DNA of 64,000 nt, from the NCBI RefSeq assembly GCF_030144855.1, contig NC_082731.1:21328001-21392000 (forward strand), written 5' to 3'. The stretch comes from Hypanus sabinus. Lineage: Eukaryota. Made by a program: the position numbers and the translations under genes. Shown piece by piece: positions 27,421 through 39,687 of this stretch. The notes beneath the pieces were generated by a model. The model worked only from the letters and a program-made list of their open reading frames with translations, was not told the DNA's origin and did not search any database. The number at the start of each line of letters is the position of its first letter. Positions within the stretch are counted from its first letter, which is position 1.

Positions 27421-27821
27421 AGTGGCACATAGAGAAAAACATATATCTCTTTGTCTGTATAACTGAGTGATGGAACTTTATTTTTAATTACCGGTTTTGT
27501 ACATCAGCCAACCATATTTCCATTAACCGATGATCATTCTGTCCTCCATAGGTGCTCTAACCTAACCAGGAGTGGCAAATTCCGTCAACTAAAGCTGGCC
27601 CGCTAAAACATTTCTGCCCATATATTTTGTCATCCACCTCTTCCCTGATATGTGATGATCGGAAATGGATTGGATCTAATTATTCATTTATAATTTCATC
27701 AGTATTTATACCAGTTTTTATAGGATCCAGTTCTATCTTAATTAATCAAAGGATCTACTCTTCCCATGCTCTCCACTTGATTGCAGAGTGATCCTGTTAA
27801 CTCGAATTGTTTAATGGTCAA

Positions 27822-28227
27822 ACGGATAGACAGTCTATTTCATTACTTTCGTTGTTTCTTGTCATAATCCTACATTTGGTTGCAATAGCAGGAAATAGAA
27901 GGAAATATATGCATTGTTGTATGTGTGTCAGTTGAAGTCATAACGTTAATTTATGTTAATACATTGTGTAAACTTGCATCTCATCTTCTGTGTCGCCCTA
28001 ACTATATGTCATACCTAATTCCGGATGTCTTCTCGCAGTCAGATGTCAATGGGAGCCATACGCATCAACGTTATCAAACGATTCATTTTTTTGTTTATAC
28101 CTTGAACTTTTATCAAGGTTCATTTTCTTTGATTGTGAAGTCTCGACCAAAACTATGCCTATTTTTTTAAAAACTACTTCGCCTTACCATCCAAGTTTTC
28201 TTTTCACCTGTGCTAAGTTTCGCAATG
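27822..28227 (+). pseudogene. Internally deleted TCR V relic
   Basis: Leader-like (T)DRQSISLLSLFLVIILHLVAIAG with a mutated donor; acceptor TCTTCTCGCAG at 28038. The exon starts VRCQ and ends SRF...EVSTKTMPIFLKTTSPYHPSFLFTCAK, then heptamer-like CGCAATG. The exon is ~110 nt shorter than a normal V. Confidence 0.45.
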
Positions 28228-30299
28228 AAAATCTCCTTACATTACCTAGGAGGTAAAAATGTATCACTGTACCTTTTTGTGCTTACTGCTGCATCGCGAT
28301 AACTCAGAAAAATATCTCAGTGGCCACCTTATTAGGTACCTAAAACGCGGCAGTTGACTTTATAATTATGTCCTTTTGCCACAAGAGTGCATGTGTTTTG
28401 CACATTGTTACATACTCACAGTTTGAAGACGGAACAATGGGATTATGTAATGGTCTTGTCAGATTGATGAGGTAATTGCTGCAGGTGAGTTTTTGTTATG
28501 TCACGTGATAGCATGCTCCAAACGATATTTAAACGAAGCCCGGGATCTGTGAAGCAGTTCTCTTTTATTTTTTTCATTTTTTTATTTCTGTGCAACGTTA
28601 GTGTTGACAGTCGGAGGTTTGGAGGTTCCAACGGTTTTGTTTGTTGCACGTTTATTTTTCTCTTACTGTCCAGTATCGGAGAGTGAAGGCATTACCGGGG
28701 TTATTCGAGTTCAAAGGATTGGATAAAGTTAATGTCATTCAGCGTTTTGACGAATGATAGACCTTTGTGTCTTTGTTCAGGAATTGTGGCATGCACATTT
28801 GAGTTAAACACCTGTAAGGTCTGGAAGGTTTCTGCAGTGACCACCATCCAGTCAGGAGGTCAGTTCCTTTTTATTCCCTCGTTATTTTTTCGAACAATTC
28901 ATCTCCAGGCTGTGAGATCCACAGATTCGTCATTACTTCGAAGAAATCGCTTATTCGGGGAAATCTTTCCTTAATGACTGTATAAGTCACATGGACTTTT
29001 GGATGTATCACATTAGGTCTGTGCATGCTTTGCAAATCTTTAAGAACAGTTTCTAATTTTGACTGCTTGTTAGACATTGCCGCCTAACTGTTAAATTCCG
29101 GTTAAGTTGTTCGCATTTTTACTTTTCTAAGAATTGAGCAGAGATGAATAAATCTCGGAAGTGTTTAGAAAGTCTCTCTCAGTTTCATATTGATTGCCGC
29201 TGCATTCGTAATAACATCGAAATGCTATTCTGGAAATCTGAGTTACATCCTGTACTTATTGGTTCTATTGTTGCCTTTCTGTCAGCTTGAACCTGTCTTG
29301 CAGTTTTCCTTTGAGATGTCTCATTAACAGAGCATTTTGACTAACGCACTGGATATGTTCTCTGTCTATCGCACTATTTTCAGCAATCTGCAGGGACTAT
29401 AATGCCGGGAAATCCAGGCGTTTTTAATAAATGTTCAGTTAAGCCCGTCAGACAGGAACAAATCCTCAAAGCTCAATGTGACTAATATTACATTTAATCT
29501 CTATTCGCAAATATGATCTGACAAACAATTGCCACTCTTGAGCACATCTGCATGTGTGCTTGCTTGCTTCTTTGCATTGCGTTGCTGCCAATTTGTTAGC
29601 TACTTAGATATTAGGGAGCAGATACCCAGGTCCAACTAGTAAAGGAGTCCCTGAATCCATATCCTTTATGAACATCTTTGTATAAGCTGAGTTTATCGTA
29701 TATAACACGTTGCAAACGTCGGGATGATAATTTTCAATTCTACGAATAATTTGATAATTTAAGTATTTGTGTATGAATAAATGGCCAACACATATACAGC
29801 AAATAGCGTTCAGAGTACCACGAAGATGCGAAAAGAGTGTTACAGTGTTGGTCCAAGAAAGGGAATGAAAAAGCTGCGTTGTTCGAAGGGCGCAGTTGAT
29901 AGGAGTACTGCGCAGATAGAAAAAGTGCGTGCCCCGCTGGCCGGAAAAAAAAAACTTGAAAACTTCCATTTTCTGCGTCAGGAGTTGTTGATTGGAGTAT
30001 TGCCCAGATGCAGGAGGAGAATTCTCAGAGAAATCGGAAACAAAAAAGATTTCGACCGGCAAGCACCGTCTTTATAAAAGAAAAATGTCACCTAGCGGAG
30101 CGGGCATTGTTGGACTAATCTAAGAAGGCTTTAGGTCAATAAGGATTTGGTGAGAAGAAGCGGAGTCCAGGGAAGTTTATTCCTTATTTCTTATTCAGCT
30201 CTAGAAAGGTTAGTGGGCATGTCAGCAAAGGAGGTATTTTGTTTTAGATGTCAAATGTAGGAATTCTACGAGACTTCCAGCCCCCTCCTTAGCCACATC

Positions 30300-33200
30300 T
30301 GCGCCAGGGGCATTGAGATTCGACACCTGAAAGGCCGTGTTAGGGAACGTGGCTGACAGATCCACTTACTATCCAACCCCTCCAACTGGTGCTCGAAGGC
30401 TAAAACCATAAAGAAATATCTTTCTATCTGGTTAATCCACTTGAACTGGCATTTGGACAATTGGTCTCCTCTGGTTATCCCGACATAACCCACTGATCGA
30501 TTGGTCTCTGAAAGTACTCCAAGAGTGAGGACTGGCATGCCTGTCTAGCTGTTTGTGTTCAGCTCAATCTCCATCCAATGAATCACCTCCTGTGTCAGCT
30601 AAGGATGTGAACTTTTCTGGGATTCCGACTGAATGTGCGGATGCTTGAAGTTTTCAAGAAGAAAATCACTCTGTACACAGACCGTCCATACGACTGTTCT
30701 CATAGACTTCCTAACTGCTGCCAGTCCTCCCCGTGGCCGCTTCTTTGCCCTATCTCGTCCTGAAATGATTGCCATGGAGGAATACATTAAGAAGGAATTG
30801 AGCATGGGGTACATTCGTTTGTTAAACTTGTTGGCAGGAGCGGCGTTTATTTTGACAGCAAGAAAGACAGCAAACACTGTCACAGCATCGATTATCGGCC
30901 CCTGAACAACATCACTGTGAAAAACTGCTACCCTGTTATGTTGCTGGCGTCAGCGTTTGAATACCTCCAGGGAGCAACAATATTTTCCAAAATTGATCTG
31001 TGTGGTGATTTCTTTTGAACTTATAGTCCTTCAACATCTTTGGACTATTTCTACTGTGCCCATGGTTTGTTTTTATTGTTTTATCAATTATGCTATTGTT
31101 TGCACTGTTGCAAATATATGTTGTAACTAAATGGTTTTGTGCTGTTCTTGGGGCTTTAGTTTTTGGTCTTGTTTGTCTGGTGGAATTGGAGCTCCTTTCC
31201 GGGGAACGTGCTAAGACAGTAGCGCGATATTAATACTCAGCAGCCTCTCCGGACTCTAGATTGAGAATTGCCAAACGTTATGGGGATTTTCTGGTGTAGT
31301 CCGTTTTGTCATATGCTTTTGTGATATCATTCTGGTCGAACGTTGTCTCATTTTTTAACTGCATTGCATTTGTGGTTTCTAAATGACAATGAACTGAATC
31401 TGAATTTAAATCTGGATTTGAACAATGCTTACAATATGATTATCATTTAAAAAAGTGGATGAGGGAAAACTGCTAGTCTGATGGCTCGTTGGAATATCTG
31501 ATTATGCCTTTTGGTCTGGTCAGCGTCCACGCTGTATTCCAGGCCTTGATTAACAATGTGCCTAGGGGCACGTTGAACCAGTTTGTGTTTGTATGTTTAG
31601 ATTACTTCCTTATCTATTCCCGCTCACATGAGTAGCATGCCAAGCCTGGCCGGGGAGTACTCAGACGCCTTCTTGAAAATAACCCGTACGCCAGGGCTGA
31701 GACATGTGATTTCCATAAAGATCAGGTGTCATTTTTAGGCGATATACTTACCTCAGCCAGTGTTCAACCGGAAACTACTAAAGTTCAGGCACGTGGCAAA
31801 CTGGCCCAAACTGTGTACTGTCAAACTGGCAAGGCGTTTAACGGAGTCTGTGAAATTATATCGCCGCTTCATTCGGAAACTCTTCTCTATCGCGATCTAA
31901 GAAAGTTTCGGCAAGATTCCATTGGACGGACGATACCGACCATCATTATCGGAGCTAATCCGACGTTCCACCACTGCATCACTGGTGCAACACCGACCCA
32001 TCTCAGATATTCAATGTCCAGGTTAATGCATCTTGCGTAGGCATTGGAGCTGTGATCTCTCACCGCTCGTCTTCAGATAGCCGACTGCATCCCTGTGCCA
32101 TTCTTTCTCGTCACTTGACTCCCGCCGTGTGGAATTAAGCAATGTTGGCAACCAGGGGCACATGGCTGTCAAGGAGGCTCTGGAGGAGTAGTGACACTGA
32201 CTGGAGGTGGCAGAGCATTCATTCTTGCTCTGGAAAGATAACGAGAACCTTTCATATATTCATGATGCTAAGAGACTCAACTCTTGTCAAGCCCGGTTTA
32301 CTCTCTTCTTAGCACGGTCAAATTTACTCCTCATTTACCGTCCCCTCAAATAGAATGCAAAGACCGACAACCTTTCCCGGCAGTTCTCCGTCTTGAGTAC
32401 AATGCCGATTCAGCGCCCATTCTTCCTCGTTCGTCACTTGCTGCCCCGGTGATCTCGGGAATAGCGGCAGAGTTGAAGGCCGCCCAACAATCAGATCCAG
32501 CCCAAGATGGTGGACCTCCCAACCAGCTGTTTGGCCCTGCTGCGGTGCTTTCCAAAGATTTGGAATTGGGTCACTCTTCCCGTCAGGCTGAACATCCGGG
32601 AATTCAACGGATTCAGAAGTTTATAAAGAGACACTTTTATCGGTCATCTATGTCCCACGATATCCACGACCTTATATCTGCCTATACTAACTGCGTTCGG
32701 GAAAATATATCACGGCCGCGTCCTGCCAGTCTGTTATATCCACTACCTGTTCCCCACCGCCCCTGGTCCCATCTCTCATTCGATTTCACCACTGGTCTGC
32801 CCCCGTGTAATGGAAACACCACAATTTTCGTCGTTTTTGATCCGTTTTCCAAGGCTGCCACTTCATTGCTCTCCCCAAACTCCCAGCGACTCCCGAGACG
32901 GATACACTGATGGCTTAACACGTATTCAGGCTCCATAGACTTACCAAGGCATAGTATCTGATCGTGGACCAGAGGTTACTTCCCGCTTTTGACAAGCTTT
33001 CAGATCTCTGGTCGGAGCTAATGGGCAGACTGAGAGAGTGAACCAAGCGTTGGAAACTACCCTGCGCTGTCAACCTCTTCTATCCCCACGACCTGGAGCT
33101 CCCAATTGATTTGGACAGAGATCGCCGGAAAATAAGCTTCAGTCATCCTCCACCGGTATGTTTCCCAAGGGTTTCCATTCCGCGCTCTTCCCTAATCTGG

Positions 33201-33750
33201 AGATTGATGTAAGAGCTTCTGCTGCTGAACAGCTGATCTAGCTCTACAAGCGCACCTGGAGAGAAGCCAGGGGCTCTCTGCTGTGCGCACAGAAACAGCA
33301 TGTCCTGGTAGCATGAGCGTCTCCGTCAACAGATAAGGCTATTCATGTCCGGACAGGATTTCTGGCTGGCATCAGGAGATCTTCCTCTGAAAGTCGAGTA
33401 CCGGAAATTGGCACCGTGCTAAGTGGAACCGTTTGTAGTGGAAAAGGCTATCAACATCGTGTCCTATAGATTGTGTCTGTCAGCATCACTGAAGATCCAC
33501 CCAGTACTTCACTTTTCCCAGCTCAAGCCGGTTAACACCTGTCCACTTTCCCCAGTCACCCCACCTTCTCCTCCCTCCAGCCAGGTAGCTATTTCCTTTG
33601 TCTATAATCTGCGGCGCCACGTGGCATCTCGCCTGGTACGTGGTAAGGTGCAGAATCTTGTGGAATCTGAAGGGTGTGGCCCAGAAGAACACACTTGAAC
33701 CCTAGCGAAGGTCATTTTGCATTCGTCGCTGATTCAACTCTTCCAGCGGA
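30300..33750 (+). mobile_element. Ty3/gypsy chromovirus LTR retrotransposon internal region (pol), decayed
   Basis: RT ([31 protein letters not shown]), integrase (HPGIQR...PLPVPHRPWSHLSFDFTTGLP...VVFDPFSK) and a C-terminal chromodomain-like stretch (SRLVRGKVQNLVESEGCGPEEH). LTRs not identified. Confidence 0.85.
31001..31415 (+). mobile_element. 5'-truncated LINE 3' fragment inserted in the gypsy RT
   Basis: Interrupts pol between KIDL and the NAYN region; ends AAATGACAATGAACTGAATCTGAAT, a Rex1-like tail. Confidence 0.55.
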
Positions 33751-33799
33751 AAGAGGGGAGATCTTAAACGTTATTTAATGATGATGAACATTAAAATAA

Positions 33800-34680
33800 A
33801 TTAAAATAGTGGCCAGATAGACTGAACTCAGTTGTTAGGAGACTGTTGGAGTCAATTGTTAATGATAAGGTTTCGAGGTACTTGGAAACTGAAGATAAAA
33901 TATGTCAATATTAGCATAGTTTACGTTAAGGGGAATCATGCCTGAACAATATGTAGGAGTTCTTCGAGGAAGTAACGAGCAGGTGCATAAGGAATCTGCA
34001 GTGAATGTCATTGAGTTGTGTTTACAGAAAGCCTTTGATAAGGTGCCACACGTGACTCTGCTTAACATGATGAATTTCTATGTCCTTATAGGAAAGATAC
34101 TGGCATGGATAGCGGATTGGCTGACAGGCAGGATGCAGTGAATGACAATAAAAATGGGTCTTTTCTCGTTGGCTGTCGGTAATTAGTGATGTTCGTCAAG
34201 CGTCAGTATTCGGATCGTTGCATTTCAAATTGTTCAGCATAATTTAGATAATGGAATAGATGGCTTTGTGATAAATATTTACGGACGATCCGACGGACGG
34301 GTAGATCTTGTTGAGAGCTTGGATGAAATGTGTCAGATGGATTTCAAAATAGAAAATCATGATGTGATTTGCTTTGCGAATTTGAATTTGGAATTCAAGG
34401 TTGGTTGCTTGAAGTTAGGTAGTGTGCTGGAACAAGACGCACTTTTGGTTCCAAGCCCACAGATACGTCAAGCTTGCCTCGAAGTTGTCATGGTTGTTGA
34501 GAGAAGTTACTGGTATTAGATGGTAGACTTCAAAATTTGGAATTTTACAATCAAAAGTCGTGTGGTAGTGTTACAACTGATGAAAACAGCGATCACACAA
34601 AGCTTGTAATATTGTGCAAGCATTTGCGAGAGTGTAGGGTAGGTGCTGGAGAATGCTTCTGGACTATAGTGCAGTTGATA
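33800..34680 (+). mobile_element. CR1 RT fragment, decayed
   Basis: LQKAFDKVPHVTLL and IADWLTGR remnants. Confidence 0.7.
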
Positions 34681-37619
34681 TGTTGAGCGAGCTGTTTTTT
34701 TAAAAATCTTTTTGGTGCTAAGGAAAACTAAATTAAATGTTTTCTAATCATCATAATTGTTTGCCATGTCTTCAAAGCTGGTTGTTCTGATGTCTGCCTG
34801 AACTTTTCCGCCGATTTGATTGCACCTCGAGATTTCTTACTTAGTTAATATCACTGTGTGAACAGTACTGGATGTGCGATTGGATCCCTCCTCCAGCGTC
34901 CTGATACATTGCTTGGCGCGCATATTATATCAACTGATAAATAATGTTATGCTGTCCATAGTTTAAAATGTGCCTCTCGTATTAGACTTCCAGGAGGACG
35001 GTTTCTTGTTAACCAATGATCGGAAGAAGCTGTAAATTCAGGTTCAGAGATGTGTCGTTGTCTGTCGCACAGTGATCAATGGGGCAATAAGTTCAACGCA
35101 ATTCATTCCTTGTAACTGGAGATTCAGTTACTAGTATACTTAAATACTTACAGACAGGTGACAAGTAAATCTAGGTATATGGAAAATTAGAGATCTGACT
35201 CCAGTTATGGAGAATGTTACAGCACAATGTCTTTGAAGCCAGTTTTTCCAGAAAACTTTGTATAACAAAGCTGCTCCTGTATTACATATGGATCAGTTCC
35301 ATGATCCGTATTTGAAATAATGCTGAAACAAAACAAGGATCAAGACGAGTTTCTTTTTCAAAACCCTTCTGGAAAACGCACACGGATGGTGGGCATTTTA
35401 GTAACTTTGTGGCACTGCTTTCGATATTAGGTAAACAAATTAGTGCGAATTGTGTGCCTGCAAATCTTCTCTAATCTACTGCCAACCATTCAATACATCT
35501 TCGCAATGTAGTGAGACAACTGTTAAAGAGAGAATAACAAAATAAAATTATTCTGGGAAAACCTGGATAACTGAGCAGTAACATCAACAGTAATTTATTG
35601 CAAATTCCCAAGAAAGCAATGTTATCGTTCTGTTCGAGTTTATTCATATTTCCTTTATCTTCGGAAAAGCTGTGCTTCTACTAGCTATACACCAAAGTCT
35701 ACCGACGTATCTGTCTCAAAGGTTTATAGATAATGCAAACATAGAGTGATAGGACAAAATTATGTGACTTTTAATATCACGCATCGATGTTGAAAGCTGC
35801 CCAACAATTAACCCCAATTTCTTGGGTTGAGCCGAAATCTCTCCGATCGCCATCCTTACATCAAAATATGTAACTGCGTATTAAATGAAAATAAAATAAA
35901 TGAAACAACCACTTCTCCGGTAGTTTAATCGATATACTCAGGAGCCTAAGGGTAAGAAATGTTGCCCGTTACGTCAATTTATATCTTTACTCTCTTAGCG
36001 GGAAACTACGTTCCCAAGATTTGAAATGCTGTATACTAGGAAAAAGGCGGCATCATCGAAATTCCCCATCTCCCTTAAAATGCTCATCTAATTTATTGCC
36101 TCGACCATTCTGCCGCGTTCTTTGGAATTTTGGACTTCCATCTTTTATTGTGGCTATTGTAGCCTGTCAGCCGTTTTTACTACACTCAAAATAGTTATTT
36201 CCACATTTCCTATCGTCAATTATTTTAGTATGTATCTAACATATTATACCTCTCTATTTGAATCTCTCCCTACAATGACAGTAATTGCCTCTCAAAATGA
36301 GAACTGAGAATATAAAAACAGACAGCTTATATTGTTTTAAAACATGATGAAAACTCATTTTGAAAGTTTGTTTCGCTTCCTTGAATTGTTTTTTTATGTT
36401 GATTTAGGTCTTGCCTGCATTATCTTCAAAGGAACTATAAGTCGTGCTGCGAATGTTGTCTTATCGAAGAACAAGAACATATCTGAGCAAAAGAGAATCA
36501 CTGAAATTCGATAAACATAACGCATGGTAGAAATCCAGATTACAATCATGCCATTAATGAGTTTATAGACATGGAAGAGGCAGTTGAAAAAGAACGAAAA
36601 ACTGAATTAAACATTATCGACAATATGCGTGTTTTTCTTAATAAATGAGGTCGAACATGCCTGCGAGGGTCGGAGTCATTGTTCTGATGGCAGTACAGTT
36701 GGGAATCTAAAAATAGATTACATGCGCAAAGCTGCGTTTTGGGAATTGCATGTTAGCTCCAGAAAAGGCCTTAAATCTAATATTTATTGGCATATCTCAC
36801 TGACCTGGAATCGAAGCTATGCCACCAGGTTAAATGTGGAAAATCCTGAACAGAAGGCATATTGCAGGCTCCGAATGAGCAGCCGAATGAGCAGCCGAAT
36901 GTGTCCCGCCGGCTGCTAATCATTTATTGCCCTCTGGTGGAGTGCCTGTGCGGGACTTTTTCATTTAATGTGCTGCAGAAATTGTTCCGTTGTTTTAATC
37001 ATTGAAGTAGCAGAATGAATATTATCGAGAGACTGCTGAAGTCCAGGAGTTGACCTTATATCTAAGGGAAAACTAATATTCAGCGAAAAAACAGGGGGAA
37101 AAATGCGATCGCGTGTGACGTTCTATAAACTGCCAGTCTATTTAATCCAGTCTAATTGAACTGCCAGTCTATTTTTTAACTTATGACTGATTTTAAATGA
37201 AAGCCATTCTTCGCATCACTCGAACAAAAGTTATTTTTTCAGAAAGTCCGCAGTCGCTTTGTTCCTTCCAATGCACGTAATATCTCCCTGCTGCTATTAT
37301 CCGCTCAGACGAGTTTTATTCCATTTTCAAATCTGTTTTAATTAGAACTTTACCTTTACCTTATTTGATGTCACATCATCTTTTTTCACATGTTAATGTC
37401 TAGCATCTGGAACCTCTTTTTAATCCCACTGTAACAATGAGTACGCTAAATCTTCAATGTTACTCCCCTCCCCATTTTACCACATCTGGTCTTTTAAATC
37501 TGTTTTTATCTTTCCCGAAATGCAATTCACCAAAGGCTTTCTTGTAAGTCGGCTTATTTTCCATCAGTGCGTAGCTTCATTTGGCCATTATCCCCTCGTC
37601 TGAACTTTGTCTCGTTTCG

Positions 37620-38090
37620 ACAGGTCACTTTCTCAGAATCGATCACGAGGAAATCTGCAAATGCTGGAAATTCAAGCAACGCACACACAATGCTGGTGGA
37701 ACGCAGCAGACCAGACAACATCTATAGGGAAAAGCACTGTCGACGTTTCGGGCTGTGATCCTTCGTCAGCACTAACTGAAAGGAAAGAAAGTAAGAGATT
37801 TGAAAGTAGGAGGGGGAATGGGTATAGGAAATGATAGGAGAAGACTGGAGGGGTTGGGGTGAAGCTGTGAGCTGGAAAGGTGATTAGCAAAAGGCATACG
37901 GAGCTGGAGAACGGAAAAGTTCTTGAGACGGGAGGCATAGAGAGAAAGAAAAGGAGAGGGGAGCACCAGAGGGAGATCGAGAACAGGCCTGTCTCGGCCC
38001 GAAACGTCGGCAGTGCTTCTTCCTATAGATGCTGTTTGACCTGCTGCTTCCTCAGGATATCTGTGTTCCAGCTGCACAATTGTGATCCGG
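37620..38090. mobile_element. Penelope-like terminal repeats in inverted arrangement
   Basis: Minus copy at ~37650-37975 followed by a short plus copy at ~37990-38065 (CTCGGCCCGAAACGTCGG...CCTATAGATGCTG). Confidence 0.7.
37741..37770 (-). ncRNA. Minimal hammerhead ribozyme motif (Penelope type)
   Basis: Minus strand gCTGACGA-A-GGATCACAGCCC-GAA-ACGT-C-g: intact catalytic boxes and palindromic stem III; stem II imperfect. Confidence 0.5.
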
Positions 38091-39400
38091 GATTTCGATA
38101 CCAAATTCACCCCTTTGATGTACAACAGTTGTTTTAATATCTGCTCTCTAATCAGCCCCTAAATGTTATAAAACAACATTTTTGTAAAATCTCAGCACTC
38201 ATCGAAGTTGAAACATTCCGGTATCTCTACGAAAATGGCCCCTTTGTTGTAACTTGTCAGGATTGACATTTTTTTCGAGTTCCACGGATAAAACCCATGT
38301 CGTGTCCACCTTCCATTCTGTTTCGATGTTCTAGGACAAAACATATTTCTTGTTAATGTCGCCTGCACCCTCTGCGGGACATCGTGCAATCTGCTGAAGT
38401 ATCTGCACGACAGAACGGTAGGTTTACTAGGATGCTGCCAGGTTTAGACGGTAAGTGCGAGCACAAAAGTCTGGATTATAGGAGGCAGAGTAAGAGCATT
38501 CCACCAATTTTTTTGGTGATTAGCCGTACTGCAGATACTGAAATCTGCAGGAACAATCTATCTGCTCTAAAACGCAGAGATTCAAAGAGTATCGCTGGTG
38601 GATAGAAATGTGGCCTTCGCTATTTGAGGCATTGCATTGGGAATGACTAAGACAGAGGATGCTCAGTATAAAGTGAGAAAATACAGAGAAAACTACGCAT
38701 TGCGATAACATTTCATATTGAAGAGGAGTGTACGATGACATAGGGGTATTGTTATTAAGCGGATATACGCGTGAGAACATTTGGGAGATAATGAATGTTA
38801 AATAGTATATGCACGAAGAAATAAGAGGCATTTGGTAATGAGAAATGGTAGTGTCCGTCTGAAATCTCGATGCTGATAAATAATTCATTTGATTTGTTAG
38901 ATTTTACTCACTTTTACTACTCACTACTCACAGTGAGTAGGTTTTACTCACTTTCTTTGGTCGCAGTCGCTGTCCAAACAGCTGTATTTAGTTTTCCTCT
39001 GAAGTCATCTGTTATCGTATGCATGTCATATTTTTCTGAATTTGTGACGCTGCCTTCCTGTTCTTAACGGCGCATATTTTATTTGCTAATTATTGAATAT
39101 TTAACTCTAACTAGCTCTGACTCGGTGTGATTATAGGAGAATTCACTAGTAGTGGCAGTGCTTCCCTTCGCCTATAATGTGGAATGAGCAGCTACTGGCA
39201 GCCACCAAAAGACACAAGAGGCCACAATATGCCACAGCTGAAAACAGGTTACTGTATTGCTGACATCCATGACGCAGGTGCACAACAATAGTGTGCACAC
39301 GTTGTTATTTCCAACGAAGTATTTTTCACGTAAAACTTCAATGAGGTTCCTCTTCCCAAGGTTAATATTTAAACGGATGCATGTCTCCTGCATTTTATAG

Positions 39401-39687
39401 TCATAGGATATAAACACAGAATAAACAGCACAAGGACAGACACATCAACAACGATGACAAAAGAAGTAAATTCGCATAATAACGCCTAGCTAATCTAACT
39501 TAATTGGTCTTGAAATTGCCAATCCACCTTCGAAATACCCACTTCCAATGTAAAACTCTCCTTATCCCCCGACAGTTTCTATGTTCGTAAAGCATATACC
39601 AGGCATCATTCTCTGTGGTGAAGGAAGTTTGCACCACGCTTTGAGTCATACAGTGCTAGAGTCACAGAAAACTGCAAAACAGAATAA
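39401..39687 (+). pseudogene. Decayed TCR V relic with 23-RSS
   Basis: 3' end TTG CAC CAC GCT TTG AGT CA resembles the TRAV end (TAC TAC TGT GCT CTG AGT GA) with Cys deleted. It is followed by TACAGTG (39649-55), 23 nt, ACAGAATAA (39679-87). Acceptor TTTTATAG at 39400; LNWS resembles FR2. Several stops. Confidence 0.55.

Noticed and set aside
28316-28342. CTCAGTGGCCACCTTATTAGGTAC, resembling a Tc1-like terminal repeat
   Set aside because: Single short copy with no partner inverted repeat or transposase remnant.
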